From assembly GCF_006345805.1 (NCBI RefSeq), contig NW_021827495.1, positions 1 to 28,209 of the forward strand: a DNA stretch of 28,209 nucleotides. The letters run 5' to 3'. Each line of letters starts with the position of its first letter. Position 1 is the stretch's first letter. Source of the DNA: Octopus sinensis (lineage: Eukaryota). Below are positions 8,278 through 19,807 of this stretch, piece by piece. A model generated the notes under the pieces. That model made no database searches. It had not been told where the DNA came from and saw nothing but the letters and a program-made list of their open reading frames with translations. The position numbers and the translations under genes are program-made.

Positions 8278-10120
8278 TTCCAAACCAAACGTTGATGGTT
8301 GTTTCAATTCACTGAGTTCTGAAGCTATGTTTGGAAACTGATAACTGTTTCTAGATTCCTGTTCATAAATTCTCATTCTGATTAAGTAGTCATTATCTTG
8401 TTGAAAAATTGCTTCTAATGAGTCATGTAGAAACATTATTAATTGAGGGCAATAATTTCGTTTCCAAGTTGGAAACGAAGCTTCTTGGTATTTACTTTTA
8501 AAATTCCATTTAATATTTCCGAACGGCCAAAAATGTCTGCAAGGCATACAACCCTACAATATTACACTGGTTTCGTTGTTTATGCTAGAGTTGCTATACC
8601 ATAGTTTGATAACTGTGGCACTGAGGATTCGGCGATTCCGCTTATATTTGTTTCTGCTTTGACTATCTCGGAATTACGACCAACGTTGAAGAGAAACAGC
8701 AGTAGCATCAGCTATGGTCTTCACCTCAGGGGCCAACAATTGTCATCGCCTCTTTTACTGTTTTCAACCTTCCTTATTCTTTTCGGGTTTTTTTTCCTGT
8801 TCTCTAAGCAGAAGGTCCTTGGATGTAGTAACTGGTCCCTCTGCACTGCTTTTCCGCTCCCATAACGAGGTTTAACTTCAGGATAACCCTGTGATCTTCC
8901 AGAGTCACCAGTATCCGGATGTTGATACGGATCCTACAAGACCACATGTTGCTGCAGATTACCTACGAGCTCACCACCTATTTGTTCTCTGCTACAGGCC
9001 AATGGTCAACCCAAGTACTAATATAACTGATCGGGACTCTAATATCATTGTTTTCTATTGCAACATAAGTCTGGAGCATACATGTAACACACGCTCTGCT
9101 TGTCTTCCGCTTCATTCTCAGTCTTAGAAACCAGGCATATGTTTCCAGCTTCAATCGAGGGAGCACATACACTTCATTTGGCTTGCACATAATATAATTC
9201 AATCCATCGCTTCTTAAAAACTAATCTTCGTCTCTTCAATCCTTTTGATTTCGTAACAAATTTTTGTTGTTTATTCCTTATGTTGTTTTATCCACAAAGG
9301 AATTTTCTTTTTAAAATATTCAGTTATCATTGTTTTCTTAGTAATCTTTCTTTAAGTCTTCCATAAAAGAGTCCTTGCACTATTACTTGTGTCGCCGAAA
9401 CTGATTTCACTGGCTACTATTGTTTGCTGTATTTCTTTTGATATTGCCTGATGATCAGTTAGAGCTAATGGAACCATAAATCAGTAATCCAACTTGTTTG
9501 CTCTTTTCTTCCTATTCGTCTTGGTAAAATTTTCTTTCGCCGGATTTTGTTAATCTTCTCTCACTCTTCTTGCTATTCATCGCAAGGTGTATCTTCTCTT
9601 TTTTCGTCTCGACGCTGTCTAGTCTCTCCAAACATGAAGAGGTCATAGTGACAAACGATGAGTATAAATACAAGTAACATCCGTCGTCTGATTGGTTAGT
9701 AGAAACGATTCAATTGGTTCTCCGAGAGGATTGGTTGCCGAAAGTGGTGTGATCGTGCCTGAACTCTGATTGGTTGCCGAAAGTCGTGTGACGGTACCTC
9801 AACACTGACTGGTTGCAGCAAGTGGTGTAGTTGTGTCATACGATTTGTTGGCAGCCAAAGAGTGATGTGCTCTTGTGTCAAGACTGATCCACCATTGAAT
9901 GCAAAGTTACAAAATACATGTTTTTAATATGATATACCAGTATTACGCTTAGTATAATTTTAGTTTTCTAACCACCTGATTTAGTGTAAGCAGAAAATCA
10001 ATATTTAAGCAATGTAGGCTAAAGAACAAAAACAAAACAATAGTATCATTTGAATTGAAGCAATTGGCACAAAGACTACAAACAATATCTGTAAGAAAGT
10101 GTTCAACATGTTGGCGACTA

Positions 10121-10123
<3 letters not shown>
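8278..10123 (-). mobile_element. Decayed hAT (Charlie/ZBED5-GTF2IRD2-like) DNA transposon with transposase pseudogene
   Basis: TIR-like CAGTAGTCGCCAACATGTTG (10123-10104). Start MNSKKSERRLTKSGERKFYQDE*EEK...GNIKR from ATG 9580-9578. Downstream fragments CLADIFGRSEILNG (cf. YLADIF..LN.LN) and TWKRN (cf. LWKRN) around 8440-8550. Many stops and frameshifts; matching left TIR not found. Confidence 0.6.
9663..9845 (-). promoter_or_regulatory. CCAAT-box array with TATA-like box upstream of the hAT transposase start
   Basis: ATTGG at 9691, 9713, 9730 and 9769 and ACTGG at 9808; three degenerate 39-bp tandem units (9728-9844); TATAAATA/TATTTATA at 9663-9670, about 85 nt before ATG 9580. Confidence 0.45.
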
Positions 10124-10168
<45 letters not shown>

Positions 10169-10241
10169 TCATCATCATCATCGTTTAATGTCCGCCTTCC
10201 ATGTTAGCAGGGATGGGACTATATATATATATATATATATA
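10124..10241. repeat. (TA)n microsatellite containing a ~50-bp retroposon 3' tail (10167-10219, minus strand, (GAT)n tail)
   Basis: (CAT)n-cgtttaatgtccgccttccatgttagcagggatggg flanked by (TA)n on both sides. Resembles an RTE-type 3' tail recalled from octopus. Confidence 0.75.
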
Positions 10242-10919
10242 TCGCTACAAAATCATAGTTAAACTATGGCACACGATTTTGCAAGACATCCTATATGGTG
10301 CTGGTCAGATAGCAAGGATCTGGTAGCTTTTAATGGCCGGTAGTCTAATACAATGAGAAGTACAAATGAATGCACTTTAGAAGACATTGGAATTTTTTAA
10401 CCGTTCAGCGCTTTACAGTAAATCGATTTGTTCCACGTCTGTCAAAGATGCAAGCTCATCTCTCAAACCTCTTATTTCTTGGAGAAAGTACACTGTGGGC
10501 AGTTCCCCGTGATTCTCGTGATATAGCCTTGCCAATTCTGAGAAAGGGAGAGAATCGGCCTTAGAAGGCTGAAGGCTAAAGTTAATCCTCGGTGGGAATT
10601 AAATTTTGAACGTAAAGAGTCAGAACAATTGCCATAAGACATTTGTCCAAAACTCAAAATTTTGCTGATCAACCGCCATTTATAATGCAAACAATCAAAT
10701 GTGAACACAGACATAGAGAGATGGACGGTCAAAAAGTTACAATATTGCGTGGGCGGAATGGTGAATGGTTCGGCTAAACGATACGGCAAATGAATGGGGA
10801 TACGGATGAACGGTCCGAGAAACGGGTGGTTAGACACAGATAAATTTTGTGTGAGTGTGATCGAGCGAGAGGATAGTTAGTCAGATATACTGGGTGGAAG
10901 GGCGAATGAGTAAATAAAT

Positions 10920-10972
10920 AGACAGACAAATAGATAGATAGACAGGCAGATATACTGATAGATAGATATACT

Positions 10973-11065
<93 letters not shown>

Positions 11066-11173
11066 TCAGACAGACAAACTGATAGATAGATAGATAGATA
11101 GATAGTCAGACAGACAAACTGATAGATAGATAGATAAATAGATAGATAGACAGACAGACAGACAGATAGATAC

Positions 11174-11214
<41 letters not shown>

Positions 11215-11249
11215 TAGATAGATAGATAGATAGATAGAGAGATAGATAA

Positions 11250-11303
<54 letters not shown>

Positions 11304-11304
11304 C

Positions 11305-11383
<79 letters not shown>

Positions 11384-11400
11384 TCAGACAAAAAGGCAGG
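10920..11400. repeat. (GATA)n/(GACA)n tetranucleotide satellite
   Basis: Direct inspection; explains the YLSI-repeat ORFs 10774-11550 and 11106-11423. Confidence 0.98.
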
Positions 11401-12244
11401 TAGATAAACAGACGGACAAACATGGATAAACAGACACTGATAAATTGAATAGATTGATAAACTGAAATATAAATAGATGGTTAGAAAGAGACAGATATGG
11501 AAATATTCAAAAAGGAATATTTTCATGATCAGCTGTTGACTGGAAACCATCGGAACTTTGCCACCTGACAGTCTCTCTTTTGTTGGATGTTTTAGAACTA
11601 GGATGTATGGATATCATTAAAGGAAACTCCATTATCTTCACACAAATATGAGCGGCAAAAAAGAAAAAAAAAAGAAAAATGGCTGATCGGCGAACAGTTA
11701 GTCTAAGTCTTTAAACGATGTGCATTCCATCGTGACGTTCACGTGCAATTATTTGTGCCTTTGCTCGCTTGTCTGTGTGTGTGAGTGTGCGCAAGTGATC
11801 GCTTGTTCATTTGTGTGTTTGCATTTCTGCATGCGCACGTGATCGTCTGCGTGCGCGATTTTCCGCGTGTGTATGTGTGTATGCGAGTGTGAGAGCTTGC
11901 TTTCACTCATGTATATGTGTGCATGCTTGTGTGTGCGGGCAGTTGTACGCGTGGGAGTATGTGTGTGCGCGTTTGAGCGAGTGTGTATGGAGGCTTATAT
12001 GAATGCGCTTAAGTTTCAGTACATGGCTCCCAAATATAATAAGCGAACAGAAATTAAGATGAAGAATTAAGAATCTATTAACCAGAATTATTCCAAAAGG
12101 AAGAATATTCATGGATGCATTTCGTGTTCTGTCGTCATTCTGTTGTCTCTTTTCCAATAGTTATGACAAAATGGTAGTGCAAAGTGCGTCACGTTTTGAT
12201 AATCACACGCGAAGTCACATGATGTCATGACATGCTAGGTCAGT

Positions 12245-13206
12245 TATTATATATATATAATATACACACATACATACAAACACACATATATACATACATA
12301 TATATACATATATATATATACATGCATGTATGTATATATATGCATATACATATATATATATATATACATATTCGCATATATATATATATAAATATATATA
12401 AATATACATGCACGTATGTATATATATATACATATATATATATATACATATACATATATATATACATACATATAGATACATATATATATGCATACTAATA
12501 GATATATATATATACATATATATATATATACATACATACATATATATATACACATACATATATATAATACATATATAATATATATACATATATATATACA
12601 TATATATACATACATATATATACATATATATATGCATATATATACTATATATATGTATACATATATATATACATACATATATATAAATGCATATATACAT
12701 ATAATATATATATAATATATATATAATATATATATATATATATGTATATCTACATGTATATATATACACATATATTTATATACATATATACACATACATA
12801 TATATACACATATATATATACATACTCACACACACATATATATATATACTATATATATACATACATACATATACTATATATATACATATATACATACACA
12901 TATATATACATATATATACATACGTATATAATACATATAAACATATATATATACAAACATATATATATATACTTGCATATATATATATATACACATACAT
13001 ACATATAGACATTCATATATACATATATATACATATATATACACACATATACATATATACATACATATATATATATATATACATACATATGTACACACAT
13101 ACTACACATATACATGCATATATATACATTCATATGTACATATATGCCCTGTAAGTTTGGAATCATATTACCTAATATTAGTATACATACACATATATAC
13201 ATACAT

Positions 13207-13273
<67 letters not shown>

Positions 13274-13482
13274 CATACATACAGATATATATATATATAC
13301 ATACATTTATGTATATACATACATATATACACATATATATATACATATATATTATATACATATTTATATATACACATACATATATATTAAATACATACAT
13401 ATATTTACATATATATATACATTATATATACATATATATATATATTATATATATGTATATATATATACACATATATATATAC

Positions 13483-13543
<61 letters not shown>

Positions 13544-13562
13544 CATATATATATATATATAG

Positions 13563-13594
<32 letters not shown>

Positions 13595-13688
13595 CATTAT
13601 ATATACATATGTATATATATACACATATATATATACATATATGTATACATATATATACATATATACACACACATATATATATATACAT

Positions 13689-13721
<33 letters not shown>

Positions 13722-13740
13722 AATATATATATATATACAG
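12245..13740. repeat. ~1.5-kb compound (TA)/(CA)/(TACA) microsatellite field
   Basis: Direct inspection; explains all YI/HI-rich ORFs in this interval. Confidence 0.98.
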
Positions 13741-14035
13741 AGAGAGTGAGAGAGAGAGCATGAAAAAGTGAGGGAAAAGAAGAGTTTGAATTCCTTACCG
13801 TACGTAACTTGACATGTGCATATAGCAACGTACGAAAATGTCATGTGACTCCGGTTCACAAATATAACTGAGTGCATAATCACGCGGTGTCTATGTGTGC
13901 ACGCGTTTCGCGTGTGCTTATGCGCACGCGCGTTCGTAACACACACCTCATCTATAGTCTTCAGATCGATTACTGACATTGAAAGTTTAAATAGAAACGG
14001 GTTAAACTGATTGAAGTGAGCATGTTCTCTTGAAC

Positions 14036-14072
14036 TGTGTGTGTGTGTGTGTGTGTGTGTGTTTGTGTGAGT

Positions 14073-14134
<62 letters not shown>

Positions 14135-14150
14135 CTGCGCGTGCGTGCGT
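14036..14150. repeat. (TG)n microsatellite
   Basis: Direct inspection. Confidence 0.97.
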
Positions 14151-14164
14151 GTTAGTGAATCTGT

Positions 14165-14645
14165 TAATCCCTTCTACTAAAGGCACAATGCCTGAAATTT
14201 GGTGGGACGTGAACTGATCGATTACATTGACCCCAGTGTTTCTTTGGTACTTAATTTATCGACCCCGAAAGGATGAAAGGCAAAGTTGACCCCGTCGGAA
14301 TTTGAACTCAGAACGTCGCGGTAGATGAACCTACCCACAAGGGGCTAAACACAGAGAGGACAAACAAGGACAGACAAACGGATTAAGTCGATTATATCGA
14401 CCCCAGTGTGTAACTGGTAATTATTTAATCGACCCCGAAAGGATGAAAGGCAAAGTCGACCTCGGCGGAATTTGAACTCAGAACGTAGCGGCAGACGAAA
14501 TACCACTAAGCATTTTGCCCGGCGTGCTAACGACTCTGCCAGTGCGTATCTGGTACTTATTTAATCGACCCCGAAAGGATGAAAGGCTAAGCATCTCTGC
14601 AAAGCATTTCGCCCGGCGTGCTAACTATTCTGCCATCTTGACGCC
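14165..14645 (-). mobile_element. Multimeric SINE family B (two heads, three core modules, two tail types)
   Basis: Three copies of 'atcgaccccgaaaggatgaaagg' (about 14258, 14428 and 14564) and two 'cccggcgtgctaac' head segments. Confidence 0.88.
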
Positions 14646-14944
14646 TAAGTGATGCTGTTAATAATAAAAGGGGTGGAAGTGATATTATGCTGTTTAGCCC
14701 CAGGTCAGCCTTGACTGAGCAGATCTATGATCGAAGGTATTCCATCGGTGACCACCTCTCTTTTTCTATGTCAGACATATTCCTGGTAGAATATCTAAGA
14801 TTATATTATCTCGCGTGTGCTTTTACTATTTTTTTGTGGTGGGTGGGGTGGGGGTAGAGTCGTTAAGGAGCCAGATAGAAGTCCCCTCACTATTTTGTTG
14901 TCCGGGTTTAAATCCCGACGAGGTCAACATTACCTTCCATCCTT

Positions 14945-15225
14945 TTGGATGAACTACTAAGCTACAGGGACGTAAACACACCAACACCGGTTATCAAGCG
15001 GCAGTGGGGAACAAACACAGACACAAAGATATACGCACACACAAACACGCGCGCGCGCACACACACACATATACGACGGGTTTCTTTCAGTTTCCATCAA
15101 TTAAATCCTCTCAGTAGGCTTTGGTTGGCCCGAGGCTATAGTAGAAGATACTGTCCCAGGTGCCACGCAGAGGGACTGAAGTCGGAACCCTGTGATTGAG
15201 AAGCAAATTTCTTATCATACAACCA
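14945..15225 (-). mobile_element. SINE family A, partial
   Basis: 'gtaaacacaccaacaccggttatcaagcgg', internal (CA)n and 'gggtttctttcagtttcc...cccaggtgccacgcag' match 6909-7334. Confidence 0.85.
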
Positions 15226-16425
15226 CACCTATACATACATACATACATACACATATACATATATTTTAGAAGTAATTGTGTCTATATCCGGTTATAGAGT
15301 GACCCATGGTTTCGCATCCACAAAGACTTTACCTCACCTCGTGGACTCCTAGTCAGACTCTACGCTGAAGACTGTATATATATATATATATATATATATC
15401 TTTCTCCCTAAATATATGATCTTGGGGTACTTTGCTCACCAATATTTTAAGCACAATTAAGGGCGATATATTGGCAGAACCAGCAGAACATTGAATAAAA
15501 TATTTGGCTAAAATATTTAGTCATTCTTCTTTGAAGTTTGACTCACACTGCCATTAGGGTCGACTTTGTATTTCATCCTTTAGAAGTCGATAATATAAGT
15601 AACAGTCGAGAATTGGTATCGATTAATGCTCAAAGTTTGTGATCTTGTGTCGATGTCACAATCTTCTTTTCGAGTAGTGGGCGTTATTTCTGCTAATCGA
15701 AGGCGGCAATCTTGTAGAATCGTTTGAGTCTCGGAAAAAATATCTTTGCTGCTTCATGTCTCTTTACGTTCAAAGTTCAGTTTCCCTGAGGTCATCTTTG
15801 CCTTTTATGTCTTCTAAAGCAACCATATAAAGTACCAACGGAGTACTGAGGTCGATAGTATTGACTAACTCCCTCTCCTTGAAATTTATGGTCTTGTGTT
15901 TAAATGAGAAACAATTATTCCCCCTAAACTGTACGCGCACAAACGTTTTACAACTAGCGCACAAAATAAACGTGTGTACAAAATAATTGGTTGCCTAAAA
16001 TAATGTAACAATACATGATTATATTATACATTGAGTATATACATACGATATAGTCGTTGAAGAAAAAAATGGAATAAGCATAAAACTTTCATATAAGATT
16101 ACCGAGTGTAGCAAATCAGAAGAAAACCGCACAAATTGCCGAGTGATAGTTATGTCTACGATTTGACCGCGAATCTCGCCTGAAATTTATGCTTTTAAAA
16201 ATCGATAGTTATCGACTCGTATTCATTTCATTAAGTCCAGAAAGATTGAAGGCAAAGTTGGGTTCAGTTAAATTTGAACTCAAAACGAAGAGCCACAGAT
16301 AATTGAATCGAAATGTGGGCGATTCATAACTCCTCATCGTGAAACTGATTGTTCGCGCTCAACTCACTTATCCTTCAGTAACTCAAATTAAATTAGAGTA
16401 TGAATAGGCTCCATAAAGTGATATA

Positions 16426-17010
16426 CAGGGTGTGCTGAATATCTGTGAAGAAAATTTAGCAGATCATAAATGGAAGACAATCTTATATTATGCGGGTATG
16501 CACCAAATTTTAACTTCCTTGTTTTTCTCCCAAGTGTATCAACATGGTAGATTCCAGTCTTCACGGGAAATGAAAGCCAAATTGTACTCGTGGCTCTAGC
16601 TGCCAACCAGAGAGACTCAGAAATTTCCAGCTGGTTGATTGTGATTCAATCTTGGGTCGTCATGGTCAAGAAAATTACTGGAGGACTCTAGAAGTGACAG
16701 GTCATCATCTTTGGTCGAAAGAGACATTGATAATGCTCAAACGTCAAGAAGGCCGAGTTGGTTAAGCAGGCCTAGGACATCATCATCAATTCCAAGGGAT
16801 TGGTGAGGGTCATTGCCTGGCATTTCAAGGTGACAGACTCTCACTGTGCAAGAAGATATCAGGTATAAATTCTTCGTGATGAAGAAAGGATAGTTAATGT
16901 CAAGCAAGCCTCAGGAGAACTGTGTGACCATGTGACTCTCAACACCACGTGGTCCCCTATTTCTACAGACTTGAAACCCCTTGATTGCTGTGTTCAGGAC
17001 GATAGCACTT
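16426..17010 (+). mobile_element. Internally deleted Tc1/mariner-superfamily transposon remnant
   Basis: TA|CAGGGTGTG left end (16424-16434). Fragments IVLVALAANQRDSEISSWL, VQEDIRYKFFVMKKG*LMS and WSPISTDLKPLDCCV (cf. WPPNSPDLNPLDY.VW) at 16950-16994. Right TIR not seen. Confidence 0.8.
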
Positions 17011-17019
17011 AATCCTCAC

Positions 17020-17445
17020 TTGTAGTCACGAAAAATGGATGGTGCCCGAAAGAGTAGGATCGCAAATACAAGATGCCGAAATGGGGTTCCTCTGAAGGAT
17101 CCCTAGAGTACCGTTACACGAGAGGGTGCGTAGCTCAGAGATCAGGGAGTCACTCCAGGTTGGGCCACTACTTTCAAACATTGAGAGACGACAACTCTGG
17201 TACTACGGACATGATGATTAGAAAATCGCAGGAAAGAATAGCAAAACAGATTTTTCAAACCGAATCAGCCGGCAGGAGACATAGAGGGAAACCAAGAACG
17301 AGTTATTGGGTTATATCCATAGTCTCAGCGGGTCACGCTTGAGAGTCCATCTGGAAAGTCTGATGCCAGTTACTGGTGATCGGACCCTATGGAGGAGGTG
17401 CCTGAAGATTCTACGCCGTCATTGCCCTCCCAAGAACAGTGGTCA
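17020..17445 (+). mobile_element. 5'-truncated RTE-clade LINE (ORF2 C-terminal remnant)
   Basis: Frameshifted HEKWMVPERVGSQIQDAEMGFL / RVRSSEIRESLQVGPLL..IERRQLWYYGH / MIRKSQERIAKQIFQTESAGRRHRGKPRTS / DRTLWRRCLK, typical of the RTE C-terminus. Confidence 0.88.
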
Positions 17446-18804
17446 GAGAAAATAAATGGATGTTACTTGACTGATACTTTATTTTATGGGCACCAGAAGT
17501 ATTAAAACCTAAGCTGCTTTTGGTGGGGTTTGAATACGGAACAGAAAGCTGTTAACTTAAAGATTCTATCACCTCACCGCCCTATAGGAAATTATGATTT
17601 TTATAAAAATCATTGATTATTGGGGGAGATTGAGTCGAACATTCCTTGTAGTTTGTTCTCCATCTGTAGCGTTGGTACTGAGAGTGATTAGCTGAAATAC
17701 GTGGACACCTACTTAAGTACTCCTCAAGCTTACAATGGATAGAAAGTGGGATTTGAACTCAGAACGCAAAGCGCAGAAATACATCGCAACACTTTCGACT
17801 TTTTCACATCTCACTAATCCGCCACTCCGAACTAGCATTTAATTAATCGATCTCGTATTGATGCTCGGCAAAGTTGACCGCGGTGAAATTTCAACAAAAA
17901 ATGCAAAGACTCGGAACAAACATCGCCGCTTTGGTGTCTCTTCCTTAGGACTCTTGCAGAATGTATGATGGTACTTCTCTGCAGATCGACAATATGAGTT
18001 TCAATTTCAATTTCTATCAGTCTTTTAAGCAGCATTTTGGGTGTTGTGCACCAATTACTTCAGGAATGATTGTTGTCTTGGCTTCCTACAGTTTCCTCAG
18101 TTCTCTGGCGAGATCCTGATATTTCTCATTGTTTTTTAATTTCTTTGGTATAGACTCTCCTATCGCAGGGAATTGTAAAATTTACAATCTTACATTTTGT
18201 TTATTTTGTCCTCTATGATCATATCTGGTCTTCTTGCTTCAATAATATGGCAAGTCTTTATGGGGAAATTCCACAAGATCTTATAATTCTCATTTTTTTA
18301 TCACAACCTCTGGTTCGTGTTCATACAACTTTTCTGTTATTTTAAAACCACATACCCGGCTAACACCCCAATGCACTCTTTTGCTTACCCAGTCATGTCT
18401 GTGTTTATACTCCTTTCTTAAGAGTAGACTGCACTCACTCAAAAGATGAGTGATACTTTCGTCTCCTCTTCTGCAGATTCTATGTTTGCTATCTGACTGA
18501 GTTTTGTTGATCTTTGTCTTTATCAAATTTGTTCCAATGGCTTGTTCCCGAGCGGCTAAAATCAATGATTCGATCTCTTGTTTTAAGTTCCCAGCCGTCA
18601 AACAGCCAGCGTTCTTTACTTCCGGCATTCTCGGTTTGTTGCATGAATTGGCCATGTAGCTCTTTTTCGTCCCATTTGTTTGTTCTCTTGATAATCCTTT
18701 CCTCTTTGAATTTTCTTGCTGTTTCAGTCGCTTTCCAGGCATCTCTGGCTGCCGATAATATTCTTTCTTTACTCTACACAACATAATTTCTCATACGCAG
18801 TATT

Positions 18805-19101
18805 TGTTTGTTCCTTCTCGAGCCACACCTGGCTCATAAGGGCCGGTTTCCTTGACGTTTAGGTTCTCCACCTGGACGGGACGCCGGTTCGTCGCAGGTG
18901 AGCTGCAAGACGCAGGAGGAAAGAATAAGAGAAAGTTGTGGCTAAAGAGTCAGCAGAAGTTCGCCATTACCTTCTGCCGGAGCCGTGTGGAGCTTAGGTG
19001 TTTCGCTCATAAAGACACACATCGCTCGGTCTGAGATTCGAAACCGCGATCCCTCGACCGCGAATCCGCTGCTCTAACCACTAGGCCATGTGCCTCCACA
19101 G
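18805..19101 (-). mobile_element. Full-length tRNA-derived SINE family D nested in the LINE
   Basis: A-box TGGCCTAGTGG, B-box GGTTTCGAATC, (AAAC)n tail; 10-bp TSD acgcagtatt at 18795-18804 and 19102-19111. Confidence 0.95.
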
Positions 19102-19395
19102 ACGCAGTATTGCAGTAATAACAGTGTTTTCTGTGTTTAGTAATCCTCTAGCTCCTTCCTTCCTTGGTAGGTAGAGTCGGTCAGTATTACTTTTAGGATG
19201 GAATGCGTTGTGCATTGTTAGCAACTTTATAATTCTTTCCAAGTTCTGTAACTCGGCCTTTGTCCATTTCAGAAAGGGAGCAGAGTATCTCAGTACTGGC
19301 ATAGCCCATGTGTTTTGTTCCCTTCTTTTAATTTTGTTTCGAGAATCTTCCTAATTCTTCTCTTGTACTCTCTAGTGACTTTCTCTTTCATTTCT

Positions 19396-19807
19396 TATTT
19401 CTTTATTACCCACAAGGGGTTAAACATAGCGGGGACAAACAAGGACAGACAATGGGATTAAGTTGATTACATCAACCCCAGTGCGTAACTGGTCCATAAT
19501 TTATCGACCCCGAGAGGATGAAAGGCAAGTCGACCTGGACGGAATTTGAACTCAGAACGTAACGGCAGACGAAATACCTATTTCTTTACTACTCACAAGG
19601 GGCTAAACACAGAGAGAACAAACAGGGACATACAAACGGATTAAGTCGATTATATCGACCCCAGTGCATAACGTACTTAATTTATCGACCCCGAAAGGAT
19701 GAAAGGCAAAGTCGGCCTCGGCGGAATTTGAACTCAGAACGTAGCGGCAGACGAAATACCGTTATGCATTTCGCCCAGCGTGCTATCGTTTCTGCCAGCT
19801 CGCCGCC
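19396..19807 (-). mobile_element. Dimeric SINE family B nested in the LINE
   Basis: One head, with core and tail duplicated in tandem; 16-bp TSD tttctctttcatttct at 19380-19395 and 19808-19823. Confidence 0.95.

Noticed and set aside
9728-9844. 39-bp periodic repeats as a CRISPR-like array
   Set aside because: Eukaryotic context, contiguous degenerate tandem units with no unique spacers, and no cas genes.
13155-13185. Minus-strand AG|GTAATA...cttacAG|G micro-intron in the unique island
   Set aside because: 23 nt is too short for a spliceosomal intron, and the flanks are pure microsatellite.
10774-13828. Long ORFs (up to 258 aa) rich in YI, YLSI, HT or CV
   Set aside because: Translations of GATA, TA and CA microsatellites that lack stop codons by composition; the same applies to ORFs at 1208-1632, 24615-25175 and 25670-25990.
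17073-17342. ORF-track proteins at 17073-17342, 8242-8547, 8978-9202 and 5882-6091 as host genes
   Set aside because: They lie within, or antisense to, decayed RTE and hAT remnants.
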